Source of the DNA: Catajapyx aquilonaris
Lineage: Eukaryota
Length of the DNA stretch: 44,816 bases
Direction of reading: 5' to 3'
Assembly (NCBI GenBank): GCA_000934665.2
Contig: KZ538843.1
Span: 1-44,816, forward strand
Positions 22,169-35,143 of this stretch are shown here, one piece after another (positions within the stretch are counted from its first letter, which is position 1; every line of letters begins with the position of its first letter). A program made the translations under genes and the position numbers. The notes below the pieces were generated by a model. It ran no database searches. It had not been told where the DNA came from and was given only the letters and a program-made list of their open reading frames with translations.

Positions 22169-22939
22169 GGGGGGGGGGTACAGTAGCTCAAGGACATGCT
22201 GCAGAAAGGAGGATTTTCCCTGGGAACTGGGAGAGTTTCCCAGCATGAATTTGATCGATACAAGGCACCCACCCACGTCCTCTCTGCCACCTCCCGTCGA
22301 GCCCCGTACACCCACATATCCTCCGAGAGAGGATGCATACGACAGATGGTTGCTATACAGTATACACCGGGGTATCCTGTACCTGTTCAGGCGTGTGGGT
22401 ATGCTCATGCTTGCGGGTGGTGCTCATTTTGTATATAAATGGCATTGTAGGTGGAGGGAAGTTGTGTTAAGAATGTGGCTGATGTGGTATTGGCATATGG
22501 GAAAGGCGGGGGCTGGTGCTATTTTCATTGACACGAGGCATCAAATATGTATGGGACTTGAAGTACATGCCTGAGGGAATAGTGTGCTGGGGAGGTATTT
22601 TTGTACTGAGGCCAGCGTGCAGTACATTCGGTGACAACGGAATATCTTGCGTGTGTTGAAAGTATATGGTTGTTGGGTAAGGGAGGATTATTTAACGTTG
22701 TCATGTTATGGCATGTTACGTAAGGTTGCTAGTTAGTAGATAGTTTTGGTCCCAGAAAGTTGCTTTTGAATTTTCAGCCTCAAGTGGTTATTGATCAGGG
22801 CTAAAAATAACCTCGCATTGAATCAATAGCATTATGGGCCCGAAAAATAATCACGCCACCTGCGACGAAAAGCACGGCGTCACGCATATTTCAGGGTAAT
22901 TGAAATCAGCATGCGCGTACAGTGTGTCAAAACCATGAC

Positions 22940-23480
22940 AAAACCACATTTGTACAGCAGCCCAAATGAGGGATGGCAATGCAAATTAATGTCAAACAAA
23001 AACCGACTCTTCCTGGTGAAATTGCGGAGCATTTTGGGCCTCCCAAAGACAAATAAGGGCATGTTTATCGCACTTTCGACCTTGCGCTCTTGCCATATAC
23101 AACTGGCCTTGATAATGAGTCAAAGTGGAAATCAATTTCGCCATCCAGCCCGATCAATGTACACAGTATGTGATGTCTATTGATGGACATCGGGTGACGG
23201 CTGGGAGTGGTAGAGTGCAGCCTGATATAAGCAGACATTTTCTCATGCCACGATTTTAGTAGATAAGAAGAGCGTATCTATCGATAACATTTTTCCATCC
23301 ACTCTATGTTTACTTACAAGCTTATGAACCTTTAGCTTGCACGCCTCCGCCAGACACTTGGGCATTTGAAGCACATTCCTATGCAATGTGGGAAAACTTG
23401 GCCCCGCTTGGAAAATAAAGGTTCCTTCGGTCAACCCAATTCTGGTGCGATGCACGGAAAATGTAGTAAAGCTTCTTCCT
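22940..23480 (-). pseudogene. Probable decayed Mutator-like (MULE) transposase fragment
   Basis: Across frameshifts on the minus strand: QVFPHCIGMCF..AQ/SVWRR/VQAKG (cf. CxFH..QSVWRK.Q..GL), then TVYIDR..FP, then HCHPS/IW (cf. HPxIW), in the order expected for MULE transposases. Many stops. Confidence 0.45.
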
Positions 23481-23587
23481 CAAATTACGATTGGAGTGGC
23501 GGCGACTTTGTGGTGTACCTCCAAAGTTTCTGGTAACTCTGGAGTGTACATCTGCGGTGCAAAATAGTATGGATTACTAATACAGTA

Positions 23588-23995
23588 CAAGGTGTTCATA
23601 ACGATTGCGACAAACTTTTAGGGTGAACTATCGACCAGATAATAAGTTTATGCAGACGTGTTATTTTGCCTCTGCAGATTAGTTACTGATATAAAAGAAC
23701 TCGTAATGCAAGTATGAAATATCCTGGGAGGTATACGTCCTTCTTTTCTCATTTATATTTTAGACATACAGTAGCCTATCTTGCAAATTGAATTTAACTT
23801 GCGACCTCATTAGGTGTAGCAGAGGCAATACAAGTGTCGTAGGCTGTATTCACTACACAGAAAATGACAATGCACTCTTTCTTTAATGCTAATTGTCTCA
23901 GTAACGAGGCTGTGGAGATCAAATGATACCGCTTTCTAAGATGATTTCTAGGAGTTCACCATTGAAGTTTGTCGGAATCGTTACGCAAGAACTTG
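23588..23995. mobile_element. Degenerate Tc1/mariner-type MITE, same family as 446-2943
   Basis: TA-CAAGGTGTTCATAACGATTGCGACAAACTTTTAGGGTGAACT vs rc of right end ..CGTAACGATTCCGACAAACTTCAATGGTGAACT; internal similarity to 545-657, 1095-1160 and 2680-2790. Confidence 0.7.
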
Positions 23996-24987
23996 CATAA
24001 TCTTAAACCCACGTAATCTTACTGATGCCATTCAGCTTGGGTACAGTGGGTGAATCAAAATTAAATATGCAATTATTAGGGGATTAACTACAGCAATGCC
24101 TCAAAACGAAGGTCGCAATACGCAGTATTTTGGGGGCATGTGTAAGCTTTGAAATCTCAAAGAATGTACTGACTAATTAAATGACCTGAGATGTTTCCTA
24201 ATGCTTTATTGAACTTTTTCTGGCGAAATTATGGTAGACTGGTTGACACACATATTGTGACTGCTGCTAATGCTCTGCACCACATCGCACCTGTTTCATA
24301 TTGGACTTGTGGGCATAGCCAGAGCGATTATATTGACTGACCTTCATGTGCCTCCCTCCCTCAAGACAAAAATAGACAGTTCCTATTTGATGCAGTGCAA
24401 TTTTAGCAGTAGTCACTGCATTGTTGATCAATATAACTACACTATATAGGGTAGCAGCTGGTAGCAGGCTGTACGCAGTATAGCAAGTAAGTTTATGCAA
24501 TCTGACAGTATTGTCAACAAAACAAAGGTCCATGCAACGAATGCTAAAAATGTCATAGTAGTGCTAAAACTATATTTTTAGAGAAAAAAAGAGCTCACTG
24601 CACAATGAAAGGTGTGCCAAAGAGGTGTAAGTCGTGCTTCGTCTCAGATTCGCGGAGCAGCCACACCCAAACTTACATTGTCTCACTGCACAATGAATTC
24701 GCGGGATATCATATTCAAAGGCGCCTTGCTTCAGATAGCCAGATTTAGTAACCATTGGGGTAACTCCTACTCAACTCAAACGGGAATATAACTACTAGCC
24801 CGGTTGCATATATCTGTACCAGCGGTACCGATTCTATAGCAACAGTTTCGAGAGCATTATTCCGTGATCACTCCAATTATTGATGCACTTTTACAGTACA
24901 TCAACGGACCATTCCAGAAGCTAAGACTGACAAAATATACTTTTATTAATCATTGCACGAAGAAAGAACAGAAATAAAAGCCTACTA

Positions 24988-25744
24988 TTAGGCGCAGTCA
25001 ATAAATAACGAGAAGCATTTATTGTGGAAAAACTATGGGCCATGTAATAACGCCGATTGGCAGGGATAACATTCAAACTTTAAAGAAAATTATGCCCATG
25101 GGCATGTTCGACTAGAGGGTGCAGGTGTCACATCACGTGATCTGAAAGGAAACAACCCACTGAAAGCGCCGTCCAGTCAGTAAAAAACGCGCTGAAGGCT
25201 ATATCAATGGAACATTTAACTTTTTTTCAAAAGTATTTCCCGTGATAATTTAGACATTTATCCCACTGAGACACACTAGTAGGCGTCCAATGGCCTGCTC
25301 ATAGAAGTCTTTGGGTTGTTCCTGGAACCATATCCGCAACCCCTCCTCCACTTCAGCGCCCATATGGAATCCGCCTCCGCGCAAAGTTTTCTTCAGTTCA
25401 CCAAGGACGTGAAAGTCACAGAGGAACAGGTCTGTACTGACGTAGTGTAGTGGGTGGATGGCAGAGGACTTCCACTTCACAAGATCTTGGATGAAATTTG
25501 TTGTATGGGGGCGGGAATTATCATGGCATTCTCGCATGCAGGTATTGTTCTTGGACGGCGCTTTCCGCGGGGTCGCTTCCCTTTTGATCACGTGATGCGA
25601 CGCCTACTCCCTCTAGCTAGCCGCAGATGCGCATGCGCATAATTTTCTTTAAGGTTAGAAGGTTATATATGCCAATCGGAGTTATTGCATGTCTCATAGT
25701 TTTTCCACAATAAATACGGCTCGTTATTTATTGACTGCACCTAA
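24988..25744 (-). mobile_element. Internally deleted mariner element with ~195-bp inverted repeats
   Basis: TA-TTAGG(C/T)GCAGTCAATAAATAACGAG at both ends; the inverted similarity extends to ~25185 and ~25552; transposase C-terminus lies between. Confidence 0.9.
25228..25530 (-). pseudogene. Mariner transposase C-terminal fragment (DD34D region)
   Basis: ORF 25250-25591 reads HDNSRPHT...YVSTDLFLCDFHVLGELKKTLRG..F...EVEE..RIWFQEQPKDFYEQAIGRL, matching the mariner motifs HDNARPH and YSPDLAPxDFHLF; WDKCLN follows after a frameshift. Confidence 0.9.
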
Positions 25745-25864
25745 TACATAACACTTCGCCAGTATGCACGAGGCATTTTTGTCCGAGACGTCATTCTTGT
25801 TCGACGCAATTCATCTCTCAAGTCTCAATGCAGCAATTTGGGAGTGCATTGTTGTTTTTCTCAT

Positions 25865-25908
25865 TTAAAAAATTAAAGTTACTTTCCGGGCGACCCTCGT
25901 TCCTCGTA
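25865..25908. mobile_element. Isolated mariner-type TIR fragment
   Basis: AAAGTTACTTTCCGGGCGACCCTCGT, rc ACGAGGGTCGCCCGGAAAGTAACTTT, resembles the common TACGAGGG..AAAGT mariner end. Confidence 0.5.
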
Positions 25909-27029
25909 TTATTATGTAAGTTGTTATTCCCCCCCCCCCCCAACTGGACCCAGGAAAGCGTTACACTTCCGCTATTTTCAAGTATAAAAAACACGTGCAC
26001 AAATATTAGTATTGCTAGTGGATGATGTGCTAAGTAATTCATTCAAAATCAAAAATAACTGGCCGTAATTTAGGGATCCGGTGGTCCGGGGGGTCCTTAT
26101 TAGTTATTATGACACCTAATGCATATATTAGGCTTATATCCCAAACAAATTCGCCTAAGTTTGTGTGACCTTGAACGCAAAAAAAACCCGCCTGCGACGG
26201 GCTTATCGTCCATCCCTTTTGTCTTCCTCGCTTTTCCCCTCCCTACTTGGCGACGGGGAAATTTTCCGATATATCGATTTTATCGATATTTTGGGCCGAT
26301 ATATCGGTCGTATCGATACTAGTAAAAATTCATATCTATATTCGATCGAAAAGTCCCATCTCTGCAAGTGAGAGAAGGAAGGAACCAAGGAAGAAGGACC
26401 TGATCAGGGCAAAGGATAGTGAGAAAGAGAGGTCGAGCCCACCAGTCCATGTGTCCACCTCCTATTGGTGTTCCTCTCTCTGGGGGTCAAGGTATAGGGG
26501 AAGATACGTAGCTTGGGAGAGGGTTGGACAAAGGACGCGGGGTCAAGACCCGATATGGAGGAGAGGAGAGGGTGAGATGGACAGGAAGGGACTAATTAGC
26601 AGGAGGGGGAAGGTGGGTGGTGAGGGAGGACCGGTATAACGGCTACCGTTATCTTCGCTGTTCATATAATCAAGCGTGTGGTAATTGCAAGAAATGCATA
26701 ACTATTAGTTGTTCAACTTGAATGGCGTATATATGATCACAGCAGAAATACATGAAGCAATTATTCTAACTTCTTTCTAGTCCATTTGAAGTTTTACTTT
26801 TACAAGTGTTCGGTACGACTCCCACTCGTTACATACCTAAACGGCTACTGTATAATTTTAGAGCACTTTTGCTCTTTGCCCTCCCAAAAATAAATAAATA
26901 AATAAAAACTTCCTCTGCAGCAGGTTAAAGTAAGAATTTTTCTCGAACTTTTTGATACAATTTTAAGACGCAAGTTCGAAATATCAATCCCGCAGAAAAA
27001 ATTCAGTTATTTTTACTGCTCTATATCGT

Positions 27030-27060
27030 ACGTTACCGCAGCGCCACTTCGCCTCCCTTT
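27030..27060 (-). mobile_element. Short 5' head fragment of SINE family A
   Basis: ACGTTACCGCAGCGCCACTTCGCCTCCCTTT matches 983-1013 (ACGTTACCGTTGCGCCACTTCGCCTCCCTTT). Confidence 0.7.
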
Positions 27061-27440
27061 TATTACTTATATCGCCCTATAGTAGTTATGTTTTGTAGCC
27101 TAACCACGTGCCCCATTCTATAGCAACTGCTATATTCGACCCCCTGCCCTTGGGAGTAATGGGGCACCTGGTTAGGAGCACAACAAGCTATAAAAATTAC
27201 TACTATCGGGTGATGTGATATCAGTTATAAAAAAAAACGACCCACGAATTTGGAACACCATGTATAATTATTATCTCTACAGTCATATTGGCTGCATATG
27301 TGAATCGTCTGAGAAATGAAACTGATAATTATATTCAAGAAAATGTGATTTAAGATAAATCACCATTTCCTCTTAAAAATAATTGCGACACTGTTGGCCT
27401 AAAAATTAAAGTATCGGTGTATAAGGATACAAAGGACTGA

Positions 27441-27646
27441 AGCATCGTTTACATGTGAGCTATTTGACGAGCGAAGTCTTCGCCGAGCGGTAACATCGCT
27501 GAGTAACTAAAGTAATGAGTATTGTTTGAGGCGAAAATCGATTGTTACTTTCACCCCAAACAATATTGGTTACTCAGGTTACTCAGCGATGTTATCGCTC
27601 TCGGCGAAGACTTCACTCGTCAAATAGCTCACATGTTAACGCGGCT
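27441..27646. mobile_element. Palindromic MITE, probably PIF/Harbinger
   Basis: Arms of ~95 bp (ACATGTGAGCTATTTGACGAG.GAAGTCTTCGCCGAG..AACATCGCTGAGTAAC); flanks TGA / TTA, consistent with a mutated TWA TSD. Confidence 0.8.
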
Positions 27647-28069
27647 TTACTATAATACCGCACATTTCGGTAATGAGTATGTTTTAAATTAATAATTAAT
27701 TACTAAAATATGTTCAAGAAGATAACTCCTTTCCTTCAATTTGTCTATTATTTACATGCATATATTTGCATATCATCCCTCTTGAGTGGACTCCTTTATT
27801 CACCATGCAACTAACTCTTTTAACATTTTGCATTTCTGACGCCTTTCTCAGAAGCTCCACATTTGTCATGCAGATTTAGCATAATACTATCTCTAACATT
27901 TCACCTATAACAATTCAAAATTAGCTAAAATTATATGTACTTGGGGCCAGAAATATCAACTCCTTAGGTCTATTATTTATTATTCCAGAAATGCATCCTT
28001 CAGAAGAGAATTTGTCTCATAATACATTCTCGACTAGTAAACAGTGGTACTACAGTATTAAACCTACAC

Positions 28070-28102
28070 CATAGATTAATAAGGCCACCTTATTAATCTA
28101 TG
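28070..28102. mobile_element. 33-bp P-element-like remnant (TIR tips only) with perfect 8-bp TSD
   Basis: ACCTACAC-CATAGATTAATAAGG-CCA-CCTTATTAATCTATG-ACCTACAC. Confidence 0.8.
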
Positions 28103-29829
28103 ACCTACACCTTAAACAATAAAAAAACATATTCCAAGTAGACACAGATTAGCTATTTATCCGGTAGCAAAGTAAACGTGGAAGCAAGCGGGCAGTAATT
28201 TGTAGTGTGGGGAATGCTAAGTCGTTCCGTAGCCAGTTGAACCAGGCGCCCTTAACGCCTTCAAGTCCCCCTAATGACTATGCAAATCTGAAACTCTGCT
28301 TTCATAATCTGCACGGGAAGTAAGGGGAGGAGTAACGGAGGGTGTGGGGAGATTTACTTTGGGCCTAGCTCTTTCCCAGGAAAAGAGGAAGTGGAGGCAA
28401 ACTCCAGGCGGCGCCAACTGACTGCCGGAGAACCAAAGTGGAATGGTTAATTTCGTGAAAAATAATGAGCTGCGACAATGCCCCTCGGAAGTTTGGGAGA
28501 TTTGGCCGACTTTGTCGCCCCCGCCCCCAACCAAACAGCCTTTGTCATTCCCAATGAATATTCACTCTTCCGACGCCTGACTGATGTGGACATGTTGGAC
28601 ACGATTTTAAAATGCGCCAGTCACAAAAAATGAGTGTTACACTGCCTGATTGTGCATCAAACGTAGCTTTGCAGGTATGAAGTTGGTAAAATAATGAAAT
28701 AATTACCTACGTGAAATTCAACAACATTTTAATATCTAATTTTAGAAGCGAATGGCAACCATATTTTCCCCTTATAGTCTAGTTGAACCTAATCATAGCC
28801 TGGGGGTTTTCCGCCAGGTTCTTCCACTTCACTTTCAGTTAAATTAGGCGGAACTACACCACAACTGTTCAAATTCACGCACAACCGTATGCCTTTCTCC
28901 GGGGCCCACGAAGCACTAGAAGAAAAAACAAAGCGCAAAAAAAAAGTCATATCAGTTTCAGTCACGCCAACTGCGACTCTTATACGCCTTCTCCCGCAGT
29001 TCTTATCCCAAATGGCGTCGAGATGTAATAAAACGAAATGCCTCAATAAAAATTTAACTCTTACGTTATTGTTGTGTAAATCACGGCTCATCGGCCACAA
29101 GGCATCTGTGGCGACATGAGTAACATTGGACCAGATCGAACGTCTCATAATATGAGATGGAATGCATTTAGATGTTTTTGGCATTCCCAACTCAATTATT
29201 TCTCGAAAATGTTTTGTCAAAGGCGTGCCTTGGCCTCTTTCTTCTTCCACTCCCCCATTCCCACCTCCCTTCTGGCTTGAGAGCCCCCAGGACCCAATGT
29301 CTCCTTTTACATGAGAGCTTTCCAAGAGAGAAATCGATCATTCCAACAGATACTTCTTTTCTGGCTTGCTCCAAAAGCAAGCTTATTTGCTTGCTCAAAT
29401 CCCCGAGGTGACGACCCACGTCTTTGGCCCAATATTTATTCCGTACGAGTCGAGACTAAAATAGATTCTAATACTCAATTCAATATTTGCAAATATGAAT
29501 AACCAACAAAAACATCTGGACTACTTGAAAAATCCGGCCTATTTTTAAGCTGCTTTAAATACTTGTGCCGTTCACAGAATAACATCATTAGCAATACAGA
29601 TACACGACTTTTCTCCGCTTATAACAAACGTTATCCATTCTCTCAGGTCAATGATAACACACTTACTGCTCATCAAAGGTCTACTAATTGTTTTTACACT
29701 GAGGGGGACAAACATGTATAAAGGTCATAAAAACGTGGTTTGGTTATGGTGGCGATTTTATATCGTCATTCCCAGAGGATAACTGAAACATGGGAAGGAG
29801 TCAGTATGGTAGCGATAGTCTTGAGTGTT

Positions 29830-30065
29830 GTGTTTACTCCTGGTGTGTTATCAGGATATTTATCAACGTTGCATCACTCGCGCATGCTACGGAAAATCCA
29901 AGACAGTAGTAGCACTATCGGTCGGAGAAGAGTGAATGTGAGGATTTTGGAATGTCCATGTGCTGAATTATGGGGAATCAGACGACCATATTCGTGTTGG
30001 ACCATATATAGAAACAAAAAGTTCCACAGGTTTAGGCACATATTTCTGCGCACAAAACCCTTATA
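29830..30065 (+). pseudogene. Probable decayed Tc1/mariner-superfamily transposase fragment
   Basis: Across frames: FT..LSGY, ATENPR, VNV, IMGNQ, VGPYI, FLRT, in the order of the WAxENP..VNVWxGI.G..IGPF..Y..FL segment of Tc1-like transposases. Stops and frameshifts present. Confidence 0.5.
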
Positions 30066-33062
30066 AATCTATGCAAATGTTAGCAATTTATTTCAGTGGA
30101 AGTACTGGTACTGTACATGTACGTGATGTATCTGCAGGGTTACGCAAAAAATCATTCTGACGGAATTGGGTTATATTGAAACGAACTTGACTGCCGTACT
30201 GTGCCGATGCGATGGCGTGGATGTGACCGTGTGCTGCATGCATTTTAAATGACTCCACATTTTTTATTCATTTGCCTTAACGACCAAGGCTACTAAACAT
30301 GACATAATTATGTCGTATTTTGGGAGCTAAGATATATGAATACGTTGCACTTCCAGACGTGATGATAAAAAATTAACATGCAGTAGTTCCTTTTAAAAAA
30401 TAAAATAGATGTTCCTTCCGAGCAAAATAAATATTTTCAGCACGTTGTTCTTGTACGATTTTACAGCGAGTTATTCCGTAAGTGCTGCACTGCAATGGGC
30501 TGTAACCCTTGGCCTTTCAAGAGCAAATACCATCAATTTAGGAAACTGTCCATTAAGCACGATTATTAACTAAAATCTCTCTCTTTATAGGAGTTCAAAA
30601 GAACATTATTTCCGTTTACAGGAACTTGCTCATTTTTTTTCTTCAAAATGTTTGTTATAATATTTAATTGTACGACCTTTCATATACGACCCAATTTTCC
30701 GTGTCGCTACACCAGTACGTTCACGTTGCAGTGTAACCTTGGACCACATTATATTAAGTGCTCTCAGAGTTGATACAGGTATGCAAGTGCTAAAATAGCT
30801 CTCTTGGCTGTCCCTTGCATAATTGAACGCGCTTCCCGCAGCGCTAAATGCGACTTTTTTGAACCCATTCATACGAATTTGTCTCCAACCTCAAGCCATT
30901 TCTCACTGGTTCAGATGTAGCCGAGCGAACATGGCCAGAATAGCTATCTCTCAGGACTCCCATTTGAAATCAAGGAGCCGAGGATTCCACTGCAATCCTG
31001 GCATGTAGATTGGAAACACAAGTCGGGCCCTCTCTCCCTCCTTCCTTGTTCAACTCTGTTGCTTGGCCTTGAGGCGAAATACCGATCGAAACAAGTACAA
31101 TCTACAGTACTGGGTATCTCAAAAACGGTGCAGCACTGGCCACTAAGGAAGTTAGATGAAAGAGCATTTGCATCCCGGAGATTTGCGGCCTTCTATACAA
31201 GTTAGTTCAAAGGGGGCAGCAGCATCCACCTTTATACGTAACGTGTCTGCTTAGAGAGAACTATTGTTAGGAAGTTCTTAGCGCTCACAATATACTGTAC
31301 ACTTGACGTCACAAAGGATTTTCTTTCGCTGGGCTCGGAGAATGGTGAAGGAAAGGGTTAGGGCTTTACTGACGTTCTCTTTGAGTCAGATTAGGTTCAC
31401 TACAGCTTACAATTAGTATGGACGTCAGTTCTGATCAAATGAACTGACAAAAGCTTGGGAAAATGCAGACATTTAATATGAAGATGACTATAGTGGCAGT
31501 TGAGTTTTCACATTTTGGTGAAGAGGAAGTCATTGGACTATCCAGTATTTTAAATTATAATTATACAAAACAATAATTGATGCCTGTTAACCGATCCCCA
31601 GAACCCCTCAATACTCACTATTTTCTTTCGTTGGCTACCCTTAATATATTGAAAGGACGATCAAGTGACACACGTGTCACAAGCTAATCTACATGATGTT
31701 TCATAATACGTTACTCGTAATTCATAATACGTAATTTAGACAAACTATAGAGTTAGTTCAAGGACACAATATAATTGGGGTATTTTAAACTTAATCCGGT
31801 TTATCTTTTTTACTCGCGCATCGGTGTCCATTATTACCCAGTAAGCGTTCTTGAATCAGACTTTTTGTGAAATGTGAAATGAATTTTTAATGCAATATGC
31901 GCGAACTTTTTGTGCCAATTGAGCATTGGGGTTTATATATAGTAGCACATGACTGTAGCACGTGTTACGGGCCCCGCGCTGACAGGGGCCCCGCGCTGAT
32001 GCATACACTTGTACGATGGTTATTAGACATTTTTCGTAAGCATTGCATTTATTTGAGTGGATGAAGTTTAGATGGAGGCAAAAGGGTCTGGAAGTGTAGC
32101 TGTGCGGGTTTCACCGAGGGGGGTCCCAGTACGGGGCCCATCTCCCTCACAGGAGGTTGAACGGGCGAAAATTTTGGGACATGGTCAAAACCGGCCGGCT
32201 TATCTCTCCGGGCCAGAGGGAAATCAGGTGCCTTCAATTAGGAATCCCGACTTCTGGTCGAGGGTCACTGTGCAGGGCAAGAAATAAGAAGGGACTGGGG
32301 ACAAGGGTCTTTGGAGGTCAACTGAATGGAAATTTCAATGCATTTTTCGGGGTCGTGTTCTATGGAATATTGACAACCCTGTGTACACCTTGAGGGCTCA
32401 CCATCTGGTACCAAGCCTGAAGAACCCTGTAGGCCTACTGCTGCATAGTGTAGACTGCAGATTGCACACAGGGCCACACACGTCTTGTTCAGGCACGCTA
32501 CTGAACAGCAGAGCAAGGTCTGTAATTATAATAGTGGTTACATTTACAGTGGTCAACGATGATATTTTTTCAAGTGAACAATATTAGGTACGATATTTCT
32601 TACGCATTCAGAGGCGCTGGTTTTGCATGTAGTCAGAAGGTTTCTATCAGCACCAATCTTCTTGAAACAAATCTCTCTTCTAGAAAGTAACCTGTATGGC
32701 TCAATATGACATTATGCATATTTTAAAATACTGTAATGTATCTTACTTGTAATTCCTAGTAAAGATTTTGGTTCATTTACTGCTGTCACAACAGGGGCAA
32801 CGTGAGTCATCCATTAATTAGTATTATTATCCATTACTACTCAAAAATTAGTGACAAATTATGAGGAATTTCGGGGTACTACTCATAACCAAGCTATGTG
32901 AATATTTTATTCAGATTTCATAATGTAGCTACCGATGCAGCGTATGTGTCAACTATATCATTCCCTCAATTCCTCTCATTCTTCGTATGTCAAGAGGGAT
33001 GTTCCTCAAGCCAGGTACAGCATAAAATCAACATGTTAATTTTATGTCAGGATACGGTAATA

Positions 33063-33310
33063 TACACGGAGTAAATGAATTCAGGGGACAAACTTGTAAG
33101 GGTAATAGAGGGAGACAAGACAAACATATTTAATATAGGAAACCGTGTCCGGAAACGCCATCTAGAGGGGGTTCACAGATAAGGAACGGGTGCGCTCAGA
33201 CGCGTCAGGCGGGCGGCGCGGCGTTAGCGAGCGGACCGTTTAGTTGCTAGGTGGCTCGCGGATTGTACACAACTGCGCAATTCGCCATAACCTGGCAACA
33301 ACAGCCAGTC
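33063..33310 (+). mobile_element. Partial diverged copy of the MITE at 40276-40837
   Basis: GGGTAATAGAGGG..ATAGGAA..GTGTCCGGAAACGCCATCTAGAGGGGGTTCA.AGA.AAGGAACGGGTGCGCTCAGACGCGTCA matches 40312-40418; CGCCATAACCTGGCAACAACAG matches 40522-40543. Confidence 0.85.
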
Positions 33311-34773
33311 GGTGAGCGGAGTCGACGCATATAATTATTCCTATAGGATGTGTAAAAAGATGAATGTGGATAGCGTTGGCCCAGGAAAAGACTGAACAGC
33401 CACGTTTTAAAAATATATCCGTCCTCCTTCACCTCCCCCCCCCACCTCGTCCCCTATGTTTGCCCTGAAGATATGTGCATAATTATGACAGGTGACAATT
33501 TTTTTATTTAACTTGGGTAATGTTGTATGTCAGGTTTATAATTTGTGTCTGGCAAGTCTATTTCCAAATGCGCCGAAATCTCGTGCAGTTTCCCCCCGGA
33601 ATGACTGATGATACAGTCATACTCATGTGAGGTGGCTATCGTGTCTCGGTTAGTGTAGTTGACAAATGCGTTGAATTGAAGGACGTGTAAAAAAAAAGTG
33701 AGGCGCGAGATATAGATATAGATATGAATAGTGGCATCTCAATGGGAACGGGAATATTGAGATATTGTTGAAGGGACATTGTGTTGACATTGTTAAGATA
33801 GATATTGCTGAGGGGATCAGGGACATGAGTTACTGGTGTTGTGGGAGTTAGGCTCATATTCGGAAGCTGATACACTCATGCGGTATTAAATTCCTCGTAA
33901 AAGTAACTGGTATGCTATAGTTGAAGGCGGTGTATAGGGGCATTTCCCCGGGATTTCTATAGATATATTAGCGAACTCACAAACTTCCTAAAATATAGAC
34001 ATAGGCCAAGATAATATTTCAGTCACTGTTAAAAAGCGCTGGCCTACAGTGTCCCGAAATAAATTATATGTCATATTTTTTCTCGTTGTAGGCGCATTGC
34101 AGTCGAACTAGTTTTTGTTGTGATCTGGGTCAACACTTGGACAGACATTATACTGTACTGTACCTTAGCACAATATAATTATTTTCTTGCTAAAAATAGT
34201 CCCCCATCCAAGTTATTATAAACTGCCTCATACTGGAAGTAGAAAATTACTAAATATTATAAGTTAATTAATTTTTTTCTTTCACAAGTAATTTCTCGAT
34301 TCTACGTATACCAGTGCAGTGTCACAAATGTCACGATGAGAAACACTCTGCTTTTAATATTTAAAAATCCAAGCCAAGCATCTCTTTTGTGAAGCATTGC
34401 ACGAGCCTTCACCCTATTGTTATATCACACATTCTCCCATTATAACATGCTATAGTTTACAACTTTACATATTGCACCCTTCTCCATGTTATTGTTTGTC
34501 TTGCTGGGATGTCCCAAGTTCCCGTCATTCTTTGCGTGCCATCAGAACAAAGCGACGCGGCGGCGGGTGTTGCGGAGGCTGGTCCACACGGGTAGGCCTA
34601 TAGGCCTATTTTATAAATGTGGAGATGCTGGGACCATATTTCCCAATAGGCAAATTTTTAGGGGCGGCAAATGGGGGAGAAACTGTCTCTGGTAGTATGG
34701 AAAAAATTGTGGCGGGGTCGTATTCTTGTCACGTTAGTTACTTAGTTTGTACGGTTAGGTTGTATGTATACAG

Positions 34774-35143
34774 CATGGTCATAGAATACTAAGGTCTGGA
34801 CATTCCCACCTACCCCCTGCCGGAGCGTTTTGCAGGAGGTGCTCGCCTGAGAGCTCCACGAGACCTTTCAGTGCACTGCTATGTGGCGACCCTACCGGAC
34901 TATGCTGAACTTTATAGGTACAAAAGGGAAGCGCTACATTGGGGGACCCAACATGGCCGCCGGCGGCCTTGTTGGGCCTGCATGTAGCGCTTCCCTTTTG
35001 TACCTATAAAGTTCAGCATAGTCCGGTAGGGTCGCCACATAGTAGTGCACTGAAAGGTCTCGTGGAGCTCTCAGGTGAGCACATCCTGCAAAACGCTCCG
35101 GCAGGCGATAAGATAAGAACGTAGAGGTAGTGTCCGGAGGCTG
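34774..35143 (+). mobile_element. Asymmetric-ended palindromic element with 8-bp TSD (copy 1), P-like by TSD and termini
   Basis: TSD GTATACAG (34766-34773, 35144-35151). Ends CATGGTCATAGAATACTAAGG.. and ..GTAGTGTCCGGAGGCTG are not inverted repeats beyond CA/TG. Internal near-perfect IR at ~34816-34939 and ~34982-35105. Confidence 0.85.

Noticed and set aside
26257..26348. ATCGAT/GATATATCG repeat cluster as a CRISPR-like or DRE array
   Set aside because: No repeat-spacer periodicity; it looks like subterminal repeats of an eroded DNA transposon whose ends cannot be located.
28789..29325. 178-aa minus-strand ORF
   Set aside because: Non-ATG start, no recognisable motif and no supporting exon structure.
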